Shown: one piece after another, positions 12,761 to 31,498 of the stretch
Layout: each line of letters opens with the position of its first letter
Numbering within the stretch: position 1 is the stretch's first letter
From: Ramazzottius varieornatus
Lineage: Eukaryota > Animalia > Tardigrada
Direction: 5' to 3'
DNA: 64,000 bases
Assembly (NCBI GenBank): GCA_001949185.1
Contig: BDGG01000003.1
Location: 3,207,158-3,271,157, forward strand
Made by a program: the position numbers and the translations under genes
Notes under the pieces: generated by a model
Seen by the model: only the letters and a program-made list of their open reading frames with translations
The model's database searches: none
Told to the model about the DNA's origin: nothing

Positions 12761-15700
12761 TTACTTCTTGGACGAGCTGGAAGACGACGACGAGTCGTTG
12801 CTCTTCCATGTCGAGTTGGATGGGTTGTAGGTCTTTCCGCTGGAACCAGAGGTACCAGTTGAGCCGCTGGATCCACTGGAGCCAGTCATATCGTCCATCT
12901 TGTCCTTGGCCATCGACGTGGCATCCGAAGCGACGCTACTGATCTTGCTCCAGGCTGCCGAAGCGATATCCTCCACCTTGTGAACGATGTTGCCCATCTT
13001 GTCCTTGACCATATCGACGGCGCTCTCTACAGTGCTGTCGTCACGATATGACTGGCCGCGTTGACCAGCGTTGTTGTAGCCCCAGTCAGACGAGTCGGTT
13101 CTGTTAGTGGTGTTCTTGTCAAAGTCAGACTGGCCACGTTGGTACTGGTTGGAGTCCGAAGCTCTCAGGTGACGCATGCTACCTTGGGCGTCCTGGCTGT
13201 ACTGTTGTTGAGGATTGGCGCCCGAGCTTCCGTAGGGCCCTTGTCCGCTGCTGCTGAAGCTGTGCGAGTCGTTGCGGTAGTCAGAGCCCGATCGCATACC
13301 TGAAGAAACTTGCAATTGACTTTTCGAAAGGAAAACCAACATGGGACTTTATCAAACAAACTCTGTACGAGCGTATATCAAAGTGGCGCACGCCTTCACT
13401 CAATAGCAAAAAAAAGATGTGCACCACTTGGAGGAACAATCTGTCGGTGAGTACTGTACTGTTCTCTACGTTTGATTTCGGGAACTGACTGAAAACCACT
13501 CCAAAGTTTACCGTAAGTGGCCGAGCCACCATATCCGGCCATATCACCGCGGTCTCTTGGCGCCGACGACCCGTACGAGCTCGATCCCTACTGGCCAAAC
13601 ATACCTTGATTGTGGCCTTGTCCTCCATACGAGGAAGATCCACCATATCCTCCCTGGCCACCTTGCATACCCGAACTTCCAGACTGTCCAGAGCTCCAGC
13701 CGGTGGAGGAGCCCCACGACTGTCCACTGCGGTCTTGTCCATACATACCCTGGCCCTGAGGTTCGCCACGTTGAGGGCTGAAGTGGCTCTGGTTGTCCTG
13801 TCCGCTGTACTGCGAGGACGATCCGTAGTTCTGACCGTACCGGCTGCTGCTGTTGTCCCCGCGGTATCCACCCTGTCCTTGCCAGCCAGATTGCTGCGAG
13901 GATTGCCCGTACTGACCTTGTCCGGACATTCCACTTTGGCCGTAACCTCCCGAACCCGAACCGTATCCTCCCGAACCTGAACCGTAACCTCCAGAGCCAT
14001 AACCGCTGTGGCTACTGCCACCTTGTCCACCATAACCTGCAAAACAAGTCCAGTTGGCAACCAGAACCGCACTTCAATTAATCTCACCGGAGTACCCGAA
14101 TAGAAGTAAAAGTAATGATCCATGAGACACACAGCCAGACTACCGCGGTTTTCACTTTAATGACCCATATTCAGTTTAATCTCATGGCTTACCTGACTGG
14201 GTAGATCCCATGCCACCATATCCACCAGTCCCTTGACGATTGTACTGGCCTTGACCGGACATTCCTCCATAGCCGGAACCACTAGAACCTCCATAGCCGG
14301 AACCGCTGGAGCCTCCATAGCCGGAACCGCTGGAGCCTCCATAGCCGGAACCGCTGGAGCCTCCATAGCCGGAACCGCTGGAGCCTCCATAGCCGGAACC
14401 GCTGGAGCCTCCATAGCCGGAACCGCTGGAGCCTCCATAGCCGGAACCGCTGGAACCTCCATGGCCGCTGGAACCACCCCAGCCTTGTTGTCCTACACCA
14501 CCCTGAGGAGAGTACTGGCCATGACCGCTCTGTCCGTAGCCAGAGCCGCCCGAGCCACCGTAGCTTCCGCTGTTACCGCCGTATCCGGATGTGCCGCTTT
14601 GTCCATATCCGTCTTGGTTGTATCCGGACGAGCCTTGTTCGGAGCGACCACGGGTTCCCTGGCCGTAACCCGAGCTGGACGAGCCTGGAAAGTTATCGGT
14701 GTACGAGCTGTAAGTTTGACTGTCGCCACCATACTGGCCCCGTCCTTGATTGTGACCAAACTGGGGAGTGGACTGGTTGGACCAGCTTTGACCACCTCGG
14801 TTACCGGTGTAGGCTTGTGCGGATTGACCCCACCCATAGCCTTGACCTAAGTTGAGGAGAAAATCTTTGAGTTATTTTTCAACAAATAGGAGTTGGACCA
14901 GACTGTTTTCCCAATATTTTCGGTTTCACTGGCGAAAAGCGTGCGCCACTTGGCAGAACAATCTTGTCGAGTATTTTTTCCAAATTTCTAAAAATTCGCG
15001 CTAGTCTTATCAAAGACTCCTTACCTTGAGAATAGCTCTGACCTCCCGAAGCGCCGAACTGTCCGCTGGACGAGCCGTATTGGCTGGGTGTGGATCCGAA
15101 GTCAGATCGGCCAGATGAGCCTTCGAGCTCCGACGTGTTCCATCGGTTGCTGCCACCAGAGTACGAGGAATCACCGGCTCGACCGAAGCCGGAGTTGTCC
15201 GATCCAACTCCGTACTGGCTGCGAGTGCGACCCATGCCAGAACCTTGGATGTCATCGTTGCTGAAGGACGACGATCCACGGTTTCCACCGCCGCTGGAGT
15301 AGGACGAAGAATCGTTGCTGCGGCTCAAAGACGAGCCAAGGCCGTATCGGTTCTCGTCACTCTTGCTCTGGTACGCACGTCCTAGAAAATAAGATAGATA
15401 AGTTGAACCGTTACTCCTTCCATATCGAAAAATATTCCCTAAAGAAGTCAGTTTGAAACGTTCTTCAGTTCCACAATTACTGGGACGAACCACTTTGCAC
15501 AGGCAAGTTGGATCAGGGGCTGATGAAATGGCGATTGTCGAATCTACAGGTCCACAGCTGTCATATGTGAGACGTACACATTGTCTTACCTGATTCATAA
15601 TCCTCCTGTTGCGAAGAAGACTTGCCAGTATATCCCGGTCCTCGGTTGGAAGCCTGGTCCTGCCATTTCCGGTCACCTTCGACAGCCTCCATTTGCCATT

Positions 15701-17043
15701 GATCCAACTTGCCCATATGCAAGCTTTTGTCAATACCTAGGTCCAAACATCCCCAGATGACCACATTGCAGTTCCATAAGGGCGAGATCACGGCTCAAAT
15801 GGTATTTGGGCAAATCATTTGAGCCGTGATTCATTCCGGTCGTAGTCTCAAGTGGCGCACGATCCATTGTTACTGGCTCAGAGCGTGCGCGACTTGAAAA
15901 AACGATAATTATGGATCGGCTCATTTGCCGACATCCCAAATTCTTCCTTTCGCTTTTCTACAGTCTCGTTTAAGAGAACAGGAAATTTTACTGCATAACA
16001 ATCTCCGTACCTTCGCCTGAGCTACTTTGGCCAGAAGATCCGGACGATCCGCTCTGGCCAGATGAACCGAGGCTGTTCCAGCTGCTGGAACCGCTGCCGG
16101 AACCGCTACCGCTTCCAGTTCCCGCTGACTTGTTTGAGGCGTTCCACTGGTTGGAAGTAGAGCCAACGGTACCCGAGCCGTATCCGGAGCTAACATTCTG
16201 GCCGGACGTAGAGCCCGAACCAGAGCTGCCGCTGGTGTTCCACTTGCTGGAATCAGCAGCCCCAGAAGAACCAGATCCCGAACCGGATCCAGACGAGCCA
16301 GACTTTCCGGTGCTGGAGCTAGAGTTCCAGGACGAGGATCCGGACGAGCCAGAGCTACCGCTCGATCCCTTGCTGGTGGAATCCGAGCTGGAGCTTTGTG
16401 GTTTCCATTGGCTGGACGAGCTGGAAGAGTCGCTAGACTTCGAGTCGGCCTGTAAAGGAGAACATGAAGTGCTAACCCGAGAGTCGAGTGCCATCACTCG
16501 TCCTTCACTTATCCACAGCTTACTACCAAACAGATTAAGCCATCGTAGCGGTGAACAGATAACTCGGAAACTGCTGGCAGTTTCGCGACTTGGACTGGGA
16601 AGATGAAAACAACATGATGAAAAAATTCCTTCATCACACCAAGCGGTCGCTCTACGTCATCACCCGCGCAGCTCTAAGACTGTAAAAGACACAGATCAGA
16701 CGCGACCTTCATGACGTAGTGCGCAACGTAGAACGATCACTGGAACAGGGCGATGCAGCCGGCGTCAGCTGTTTTGTCCTGCCACATCTCGCCTTTTCTC
16801 AAGAGTTCGCTCAGTGCATTCTACCAGAATCTTCGTCGTTGCATCCTCATCGATCGATGGATGTTTATTGTACTCGGGATTAGAACAAGCTGCGCACAGC
16901 TACTAGTACACAACACCAACCTGGTCTTTCTCCTTGGTCTGGGTGTTTTTCGATGTTGACGTGCTTCCCGTGGTGGCCATAGCCCGACTTCCGGTCAACG
17001 CAACATTGCGGATGGCAGCTCCGAGGATTCGGCTTCCGATCAT
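12761..17043 (-). CDS. Mitochondria-targeted Gly/Ser/Gln/Tyr-rich (prion-like) disordered protein with LEA-like C-terminal helix (~927 aa, 7 exons)
   Basis: Exons 17043-16921, 16449-16011, 15736-15590, 15381-15025, 14846-14193, 14036-13512, 13299-12761 total 2784 nt with all phases compatible. Exon 1 = MIGSRILGAAIRNVALTGSRAMATTGSTS..; C-terminal AVDMVKDKMGNIVHKVEDIASAAWSKISSVASDATSMAKDKMDD. Confidence 0.75.
14262..14476 (-). repeat. Coding 24-bp tandem repeat (~9 units) encoding (GGSSGSGY)n
   Basis: Unit CCATAGCCGGAACCGCTGGAGCCT repeated almost perfectly within exon 5 of the G/S/Q/Y protein. Confidence 0.95.
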
Positions 17044-18559
17044 TTTTGCTGAGGGTTCTGTTGCCTGCTTTCAAGCAACCTTGTCAATCCACAAAGAGAA
17101 CGTAGTGTACAGACAATCGATTTAATCGCGCGATGAAGAAAATAAAGTTGACTGGGATTTCTGCTTGAGCTTGAAAATGCTGCAAAGCTTTCCATGGGGG
17201 AATTTCCTACGAAAGGGCGGACCCTGCCCTTCGGATAAGCAGACCAGCGCATGATTGGCCGTCTTGGTTAAGAATGCTTTGTTACTGGGTAAAACAGAGG
17301 GGTGTGACATTCGGTTTTACGAAGCGGAAATCTGATAGCTTTTCTGCACCCAGGAAACCGCTTCGCAATTCGGGGCCGGCGGTCGAAAGAACCTTATTGC
17401 CTGCGATGGCAGCTTACCTTGCCGCTGCCGGCTGGCCCTTGCCCGCTCGACGATTTTGTGGATGCTTAAAACACAGCATTGTCGTGTCCGCCTTTGTTTG
17501 TGTTCTCTGAGACTTGTCCCTGAGGTTTACTAATATGCTCTAAAATGTCTGGATAATCGAGACTTCGTTGTGCTTGTAGACCGGAGAGAAGTACTGTACA
17601 CGACTGGCACCCAATGTATTATTGTCAGTTGTGTTGTGTTACGGATACGGGAGTCTGACAACTGGATCCTGTGTAGAGATACCACAGTGTGAACGATGGA
17701 GGTTACAAGAAGTCAGGACTTGGCAGTCGAGGGGAAGATGCCGGTAAGTCTCCAGCGAAGTGAACATACTGGATAACGCAACTCGTAACCAGAAACCGTA
17801 CGTGAGGAAGCAGAAAGATTACAGCACTTGGAACAAAAAGCTGTTTACAGATACTAGACGTGTTTCGCAAGTCGCGTATCGGCTCTGAATAGAATAAAAT
17901 CTCATGATTTTATACTGTGTGAGTTTCTGTGCAGAAACCGTTTTGCGGTTTGCTCACTTCCGGCACAGAATATTAGCATAAAGGGATATTAGGCCGCGCG
18001 GGTTCAGCAGGGTACGGAATTCGCGGGGCCTATCATTTAGCCCTCTACTAGATAACGCCCGGACTTCTTTCGCTTTTTCTGGTGATAGTTTCGGAAACAC
18101 AATTATCTCTTCCTAACTTCAATGCTAGTTTCGGTCGAAAAAATGATGGACTTCGAGAAGGAACGAGAGCGGAAGTCAAGTGGCGCAATGTGGGAGAGGC
18201 GTGTAGCTCGGATCACTTGACGCGCCAAGTCCAATTCGCTGATTGGTCTGATCACGGTCCACTCCACCAAAATTTCAAATTTCGACCAAAGTGGTCAATA
18301 GTACAATCAACTCAGCTTGCACAGAAATTTGGAATTCTGTGCAGCGATATCAGGCAAAACATAAGCCGTGGATAACTGCACAGCATAAAACCTATACTTA
18401 TGCTGTGCAAGCCGAAAACATGACTTGCGAAACAGGTCCAGTGGACCTGTATGCAGCGCGTATATACACAGAGAGCAGTCCACGATCAGTCATATGCGAT
18501 GAGGGATTGATGTTGGGTTTGAATCTCCAGTTTCCGGTGTTCGCTGGACCTGCGTTCAT

Positions 18560-18985
18560 TCATACTGGTGCTCCTTTACAGATGATCCAGAGTGCATGGA
18601 TGACACCTGCAACATCTCTCCAGTACTCCAGTACGTATATCTTCAAAACCCGTACCAACACGGGCCAGGGACTTACCTGGTACGAACGCGAGAATTGTCA
18701 ACAATACGTTTATCCTATGACCAGACAGAGGAACCCAGGATGATAGTGTTAGGATTATGAGTGAGCTGGAGGCGAATCAGCCTGTGATGCTCTTACCAGA
18801 AGTCCTTGGAAAGACCTGAAATACATAAGTATTTCCTCGTGAATAATATTTCCGCCATCAGACTTCTGAGCGTGTCTCTGGGGTTCGTGCATATATGCGT
18901 GAACTAACAAACCTTTTCGCAGGAAGACGGATAGCGGTGGCAGGAAGAATGCAGCCACCACCTCGACGATCTCTCGGAACGTCAT
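18560..18985 (-). CDS. PMP3/RCI2 (UPF0057) stress-associated proteolipid, copy 1
   Basis: MTFREIVEVVAAFFLPPLSVFLRKG|LSKDFW (19-nt exon 18815-18797)|INVLLTILAFVPG|VIHALWIICKGAPV*; matches the LPPL..G...F(W)IN..LT....PG.IHA family signature. Confidence 0.9.
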
Positions 18986-20824
18986 CTTTGTGTCCGGATT
19001 TGGTGCACGGTAGACTCCTGGAGAACACGGAAGGAATCAGTTGTCGCGGCTACACCGCGATGTAAATTTGCAATAATATTAATGTCACACCTTGTAGGGA
19101 AGAACGCTGCTTTTCTAGAAAGGTCTACGATGTGCAGGATTGCGGCGAGTGGGGGACTGAAGGGCTGGGACCGACTGCTCGTACCTACTGCTTGAATTTG
19201 CGAATAACCTCCTGATCCTTCAAATCGAACGATCTATCGGTGAGCAGAAGCAGGTGAGCCTACAGTATGACCTACAATGAGACAATATGGCAAGACGGGA
19301 TCAATGAACGCTCCGCGAGTACAGTACAATACCTGTCAGCCCCTTCGCGAGAGAGGACGATATCGTGTGCTGGACCTGTAGGGATGTCTCTCTCTTCCCG
19401 GGAAATGTAGCAAGTAAGAATTATCCCGGGAGACGAGATAGACAAGAGTTTGTCCTTCGTCGTCGGGAAAGGAAGCTGGATGATGGTGCCGTCCTGTATA
19501 CAGTACAGACAGGCCTGATACAGACAGACTGAACACCAGCTATGTTTATTTTCCTCCCGCGTATCCCAGAAATCGATTTTGCTTTGTTAATTACGGAAAA
19601 CCCTGTATAGAGATGCTTAGCGAAAACCCTCGTATCATTGCGGCTTCCGTGTAAATCTTCCTTGAAGTCTTGGACCCGGAAGTGACCAAAGAACCGAGCT
19701 CGCCGTTTCGGCTCAGGGTTTTGAGATTGTACGATGCTCTGTAAACCGCGTTTTTTGTTTGTAGATGTCTGTCATACTTCACGGAGAGACCTCTAAGGTC
19801 CAAGACCAAAAGACAGAAGCGCGCTGAAGACGCGGGGACACCGCAACAGTCTCTGCGCACAACTCAAGCCAAACCTGGTCATTCGCTATTCTGAGGCTCT
19901 CGAGACAACGAAAAAATCCGGTAAGTTTATCGCAATTATCAGTGAAGACGAGGACCTGTACTTCTGTAGAACAGGCTCGTGGAACTGTCAGATACGAGAC
20001 AGCTAGCTTCGACTTTTGAAGTCGCGACATCTGGTGTCGTTCGCTCTTGCCATCGGTCCTAGTGTCTCCATCTGATCGAGCTCGTCCTCTTATGCTTATA
20101 AAGGCTTTGCTTTTCGGCAGAATGTGAGAGGGGGAGCTGATGCTTGTGGATCAGGCCCACTGCCACGCCCCCAGGTTCCTCGCTTGAACCTTCCCGCTTT
20201 TGGACACTAATGACACGATTTTTCTTCCGCGTAGAGAGACGGCCTCTTGCCGTTTGGTTTCTGGAAACCATGCTAATGCGAAGGAAAGATGCATAGAGAA
20301 CAGGAAAGCTTCGTGGTGGAGGATAGTCTGGAACGATTCTGTTTTTTGGCTGAGGAACCCAACCGGATATGCCTTGTGATTGGGGAATGATATCATCGCG
20401 GCGTGTTTTATGGCTAGCGACAACGTTGAATGTTTCTGTGGGCGGTAGCTCTTCCCGTCTGTTGGTCGCGCATCATTGATGAAGCCCCGGGAGAAGTGTA
20501 ATAACGATATCGTCTCGTTTATATCTCTAAGTTTTTTTCTTGCTTGGCTGGGGCTTTTGTTACGCTGTGTTTTTTGGTCGAAAAGACCTGCAAGAGAGTT
20601 CCCTGCTGGTGAAGCAATTTGTCCGTCTTGTATTCTGCTCTCTCCCGCCATGCCATTATGATTTCTGGAAGTCTTCCGTTTTGGTGACATTACTTTGATA
20701 GTCAGCCATAGGCAGCGTTCTTTCATACCATCCTTCGATTCTCCGGTCTGACATTCACAGGAAACCATGAAGAGAGTATTTCTGATTCCTGCCAGATTAG
20801 CACTTGATTGAAGATTTTTTCACC

Positions 20825-28047
<7,223 letters not shown>

Positions 28048-28234
28048 TCGCTCACCATACATTACCATGCATTCAATCTCCTTCAATTCTATACAACCGC
28101 ATTTGCAAAGAATTCACAAAAAAGCCTTCCACTTTCAAGAGACGGTTCGTTGTTAAACTGGACAATCTTTTTTCCTTCCGGCTTGATGCACGACAAGCCA
28201 TGGATAAAGAAACAAAACATTGTCAATGGCGGGC

Positions 28235-28549
28235 TCATCGGTAGAACAGTATGTAAATGGCGAACAGGACCCCTGAAAAGAACACATACATCAGTGTACC
28301 AAAAAGTTGATGGAAGAATACGGATTATTAAGTGAGGCAAACCTGGAAGAAATCCGAAGAAACACAAGATGAGGTCTATCCAGAAGTCCTGGTTCAACCT
28401 GAGTCAATATTTTCAACTTGAGTCGAATGGAAGCTGATGCGCAAAAATGATTATTGATTTTGAATCAGTTCATACCCTTTCTTCAAGTAGACTGCCAGGG
28501 GAGGCAGAATAATGGCCAGAATAATCTGAATGATTTTGTCCGAGTTCAT
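28235..28549 (-). CDS. PMP3/RCI2 (UPF0057) proteolipid, copy 2
   Basis: MNSDKIIQIILAIILPPLAVYLKKG|LNQDFWIDLILCFFGFLPG|VLFAIYILFYR*, joined by GT-AG introns. Confidence 0.9.
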
Positions 28550-28897
28550 GGTTGTGGTGGAAGTAGAGCACAGACTGTCTTCCCTGAAAACCGCTTACGC
28601 AAAAACTAAAGATCTCAAAGATAGACAAAGATTCTCGGCCAACTTCGTATGGAATATTAGACTTTTCAACCAATCTTCTTTCCGCTGGATTACGCCTCAA
28701 TACTGGAAAAACGTCCTACGGTGAATGAGAGGCGGGAGAACAACTGTTTGTTGATTGGCGTCACCAAGCTACGGACGCTTTATCGGAAATGAACGCCGCC
28801 TCAATGCTTTCAGCTGGTATCTGTTAACTTGATGAGGTATGTGGCTTTCTTGCTTTTTTTGCCTTTCTCTAATCATACTGGATTGTTGCCTGCCGAA

Positions 28898-31225
28898 ATG
28901 AGCAAACTTATCCAGATTAGCATTGAGTTGTTGATTGAAAGGGTGGGTACTACGAAAATTCTTACTCGATACGGTTGGGTTGCGGAAGAAACTGGCTTCA
29001 TTCCCAACCGTTTCCTTTTTTCTGTAACAGGTGACGGCTCCAGCTGCCGACTTCTCCGCGGCAGATTCAGCTTATGTCGAAGTGGAGGTTCTAGGGAAAA
29101 CAATGCGGACCACGGATGTTCCGCTGAGTATGCCAGTCAACTTCAGCCAGCGCATCACCTTCAAACGAGTCAGTAAGGGAACAACTTTCTCCGACACAGT
29201 CAACTGAACTGTAGCTTTTATTCTTGCCCATTCATCACGATAATTTTTCTCGTTTTAGACGTACAAACATGCCACGATTATGCGGGCGGTGGAGCATTTG
29301 TACCGTGAGTAAGCTCTTCCATTGAACCTTTCGTGGCTGTGTCTTGTTGTCTTCCCAGTGGCTAGAACCGCGTTTTTCGTCAGATGATCGGCTGTCGATC
29401 AAGCTATTTCGTCGCGGTATTGCTAACGGGAATGCTCAAGGCTGTTCGGAAGTCGTTGCTCGCTTTGACGGGAGCACGGGAAACACGCTGCTAAATGAAC
29501 TTCCTGATTGCGGTCCAGCCGACCCGGGCTCTTCTCAACAGACGCTGGACTTGCGAACGTGCGTTGAAGGGTTTGTAAGTTTTCATCTTACATCGCTTAA
29601 CTTTCCGTAGCTGTTCACCGATTTCCCATGACATGATTCGTGAACCTGTTTTGTAGTGTTTTCGACCTCAACTAAGGTATGCGTCCTTTATCACGTTTCG
29701 CGAGCTCGCCTGCCCAACGCCTAAGAAGAAAAGCCAGAACTTCAGCGAAACCGACCTAATCTCAGCGTCGCAGGTCCAGCTGGGGAACAACTCCAGGACC
29801 AGGTTTGGCGCTGACGGGCAAGGCGATAACGGCAACGCCGATGCAAACGGAAGGGTATGTTGGGCGGCAGTCAGACAGTCTCGGGATGATCTTCACTCAA
29901 AGTGGCGCACGTTTGTAGCCACTAACATAGGAAACTGCGCTACTTTGGGTAACGGTTATGCCGAGACTGTTTGGCGCCCTTCCTGATGTAGAAAACTGGC
30001 TGGTCCTTCATTTAACTCGACTTCAGCATGTACACCTCCGTTGTCCCTGCAGAAAATGCTCACTAACAACAACGGCGGGAACAACAGGAAATCCCTGGGT
30101 AATAGGAACTCAATCCGGCAGCTTCCTGGTGTGAATGGCGGAAAGGACTCGAACGACCCACAGCAGAAGGGAGATGCCAACGAAAGTCGAGGAAACTGTG
30201 CTGGATTTCCGCCTGCCAACGTGCATATCGATGAGGCAGAATTCCAGGCGGCTCAACAGCGAATGAAACGTGCCGGTAAAGACATCGCAGATCAGTCTGC
30301 AGCCAATACTACTGGTCAAGAACAACCAGGCGAAAACTCACTTCCGCCTGGCATGTGTGAAAGACCTCCCTTCATCGTGCGCCACGTACCGTCCAATCTT
30401 CTCGGAAGAAGACCTCGTCTCCATAAAACCTTGAGTCAAGAAACGAACTTAATGCTGATGCAGTACCAGCGGGATCATCCCTCCGACACCGACGTACAGA
30501 CAGTCTGTCCTGACAAAGTTCCTGCCCCACTGTATCGCAAACTTCGACAGCAGTACGAAAACCAACATGGCCGAGCTCCTACGAGGAAATACAAGAAGCC
30601 ACCTGCAGTGTTGATGAGGTGTCCCACCAACGCATGCAATCTTGGGAAGGACTCTTACTACGGTGGAGCAAGACGACCTAGCCTCGGTAAAGACAAGTAC
30701 ATCACCAGGAATTACTCTGCACCTGCCGCTTTCGACCCGAGCTTTACGGAACAACAGCCGAATGAAAGAAATCAGCCAGTCAACCAGCAGCAGCTCAACA
30801 GATTCGAAGATGACGTCGAGGGAAAAGCCAGAAATAATCCAATCAATCGAGATTTGTACAATCAAGCGATGGAAGAGCTCGAAGAGACTGAGATAGACCC
30901 GAGTATTTGTGATATGGAGAACGTCAAGAAGTTTCTGAGGAAATCAGGTTGTCGCATGTCAAGTCCTCCGGAAACAGAGAACAAACCTTCGATACGTCCA
31001 CCTGGAAGAACTTCACCAAAGGAAAAAGAGTATAGACCAAACAGGGAAGTTTTTGCACCTGGTGGGTTAGCCACTGAACTTTATTCAGAGGACGAAGCTA
31101 ATCTATACAGGGACGACCAGGAAATGGCAGCGGTGTACCGCGACGTAACCAGGACTTTGAAACAGGACAAAGAACGAAAAACTAATCCAGACAAAGATTT
31201 GAACAAATGGAAAAACTGCGAATAG
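28898..31225 (+). CDS. SPATA6-like: SPATA6-like protein (N-terminal SPATA6 domain plus long disordered tail)
   Basis: MSKLIQISIELLIER|VTAPA..AYVEVEVLGKTMRTTDVPLSMPVNFSQRITFKR|TY.. resembles the SPATA6 N-terminal domain; RPPFIVRHV motif in the last exon (ORF 30041-31225). Confidence 0.7.
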
Positions 31226-31498
31226 TTTGCCTTCGTTTCATGTGTTCCTTGTGCGCTTGATTTTTGCTGTCACGAATCCTACAGATTTCGAGAGATTTTC
31301 AGGTGGATATTTGGTTGTTAGGATTCTCTCCACTCTCCTATGATCTGCCTACCGTATCCGAAATCTGTCGCGACCGGTCTTAACTTCTTTTACAGTCTTC
31401 TCGGATTTCTGCAACCACAAAAAGGGCATCCCGTAGCTTGTTGCTCCTCTGACCTGGGTGGTTTTCGCCAAGTATGATAGAAAAGCTTGATGAATTTC

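Noticed and set aside
14157-14850. ORFs with (PAVPAMEA)n and (GTAGASIA)n repeats
   Set aside because: Alternative frames or antisense of the GGSSGSGY coding repeat.
17400-17900. Possible tiny gene divergent from the prion-like gene (..RYHSVNDGGYKKSGL..*, AATAAA near 17893)
   Set aside because: No consistent exon chain or homology could be established.
18291-18743. 150-aa plus-strand ORF
   Set aside because: Antisense to the PMP3 exons; no independent support.
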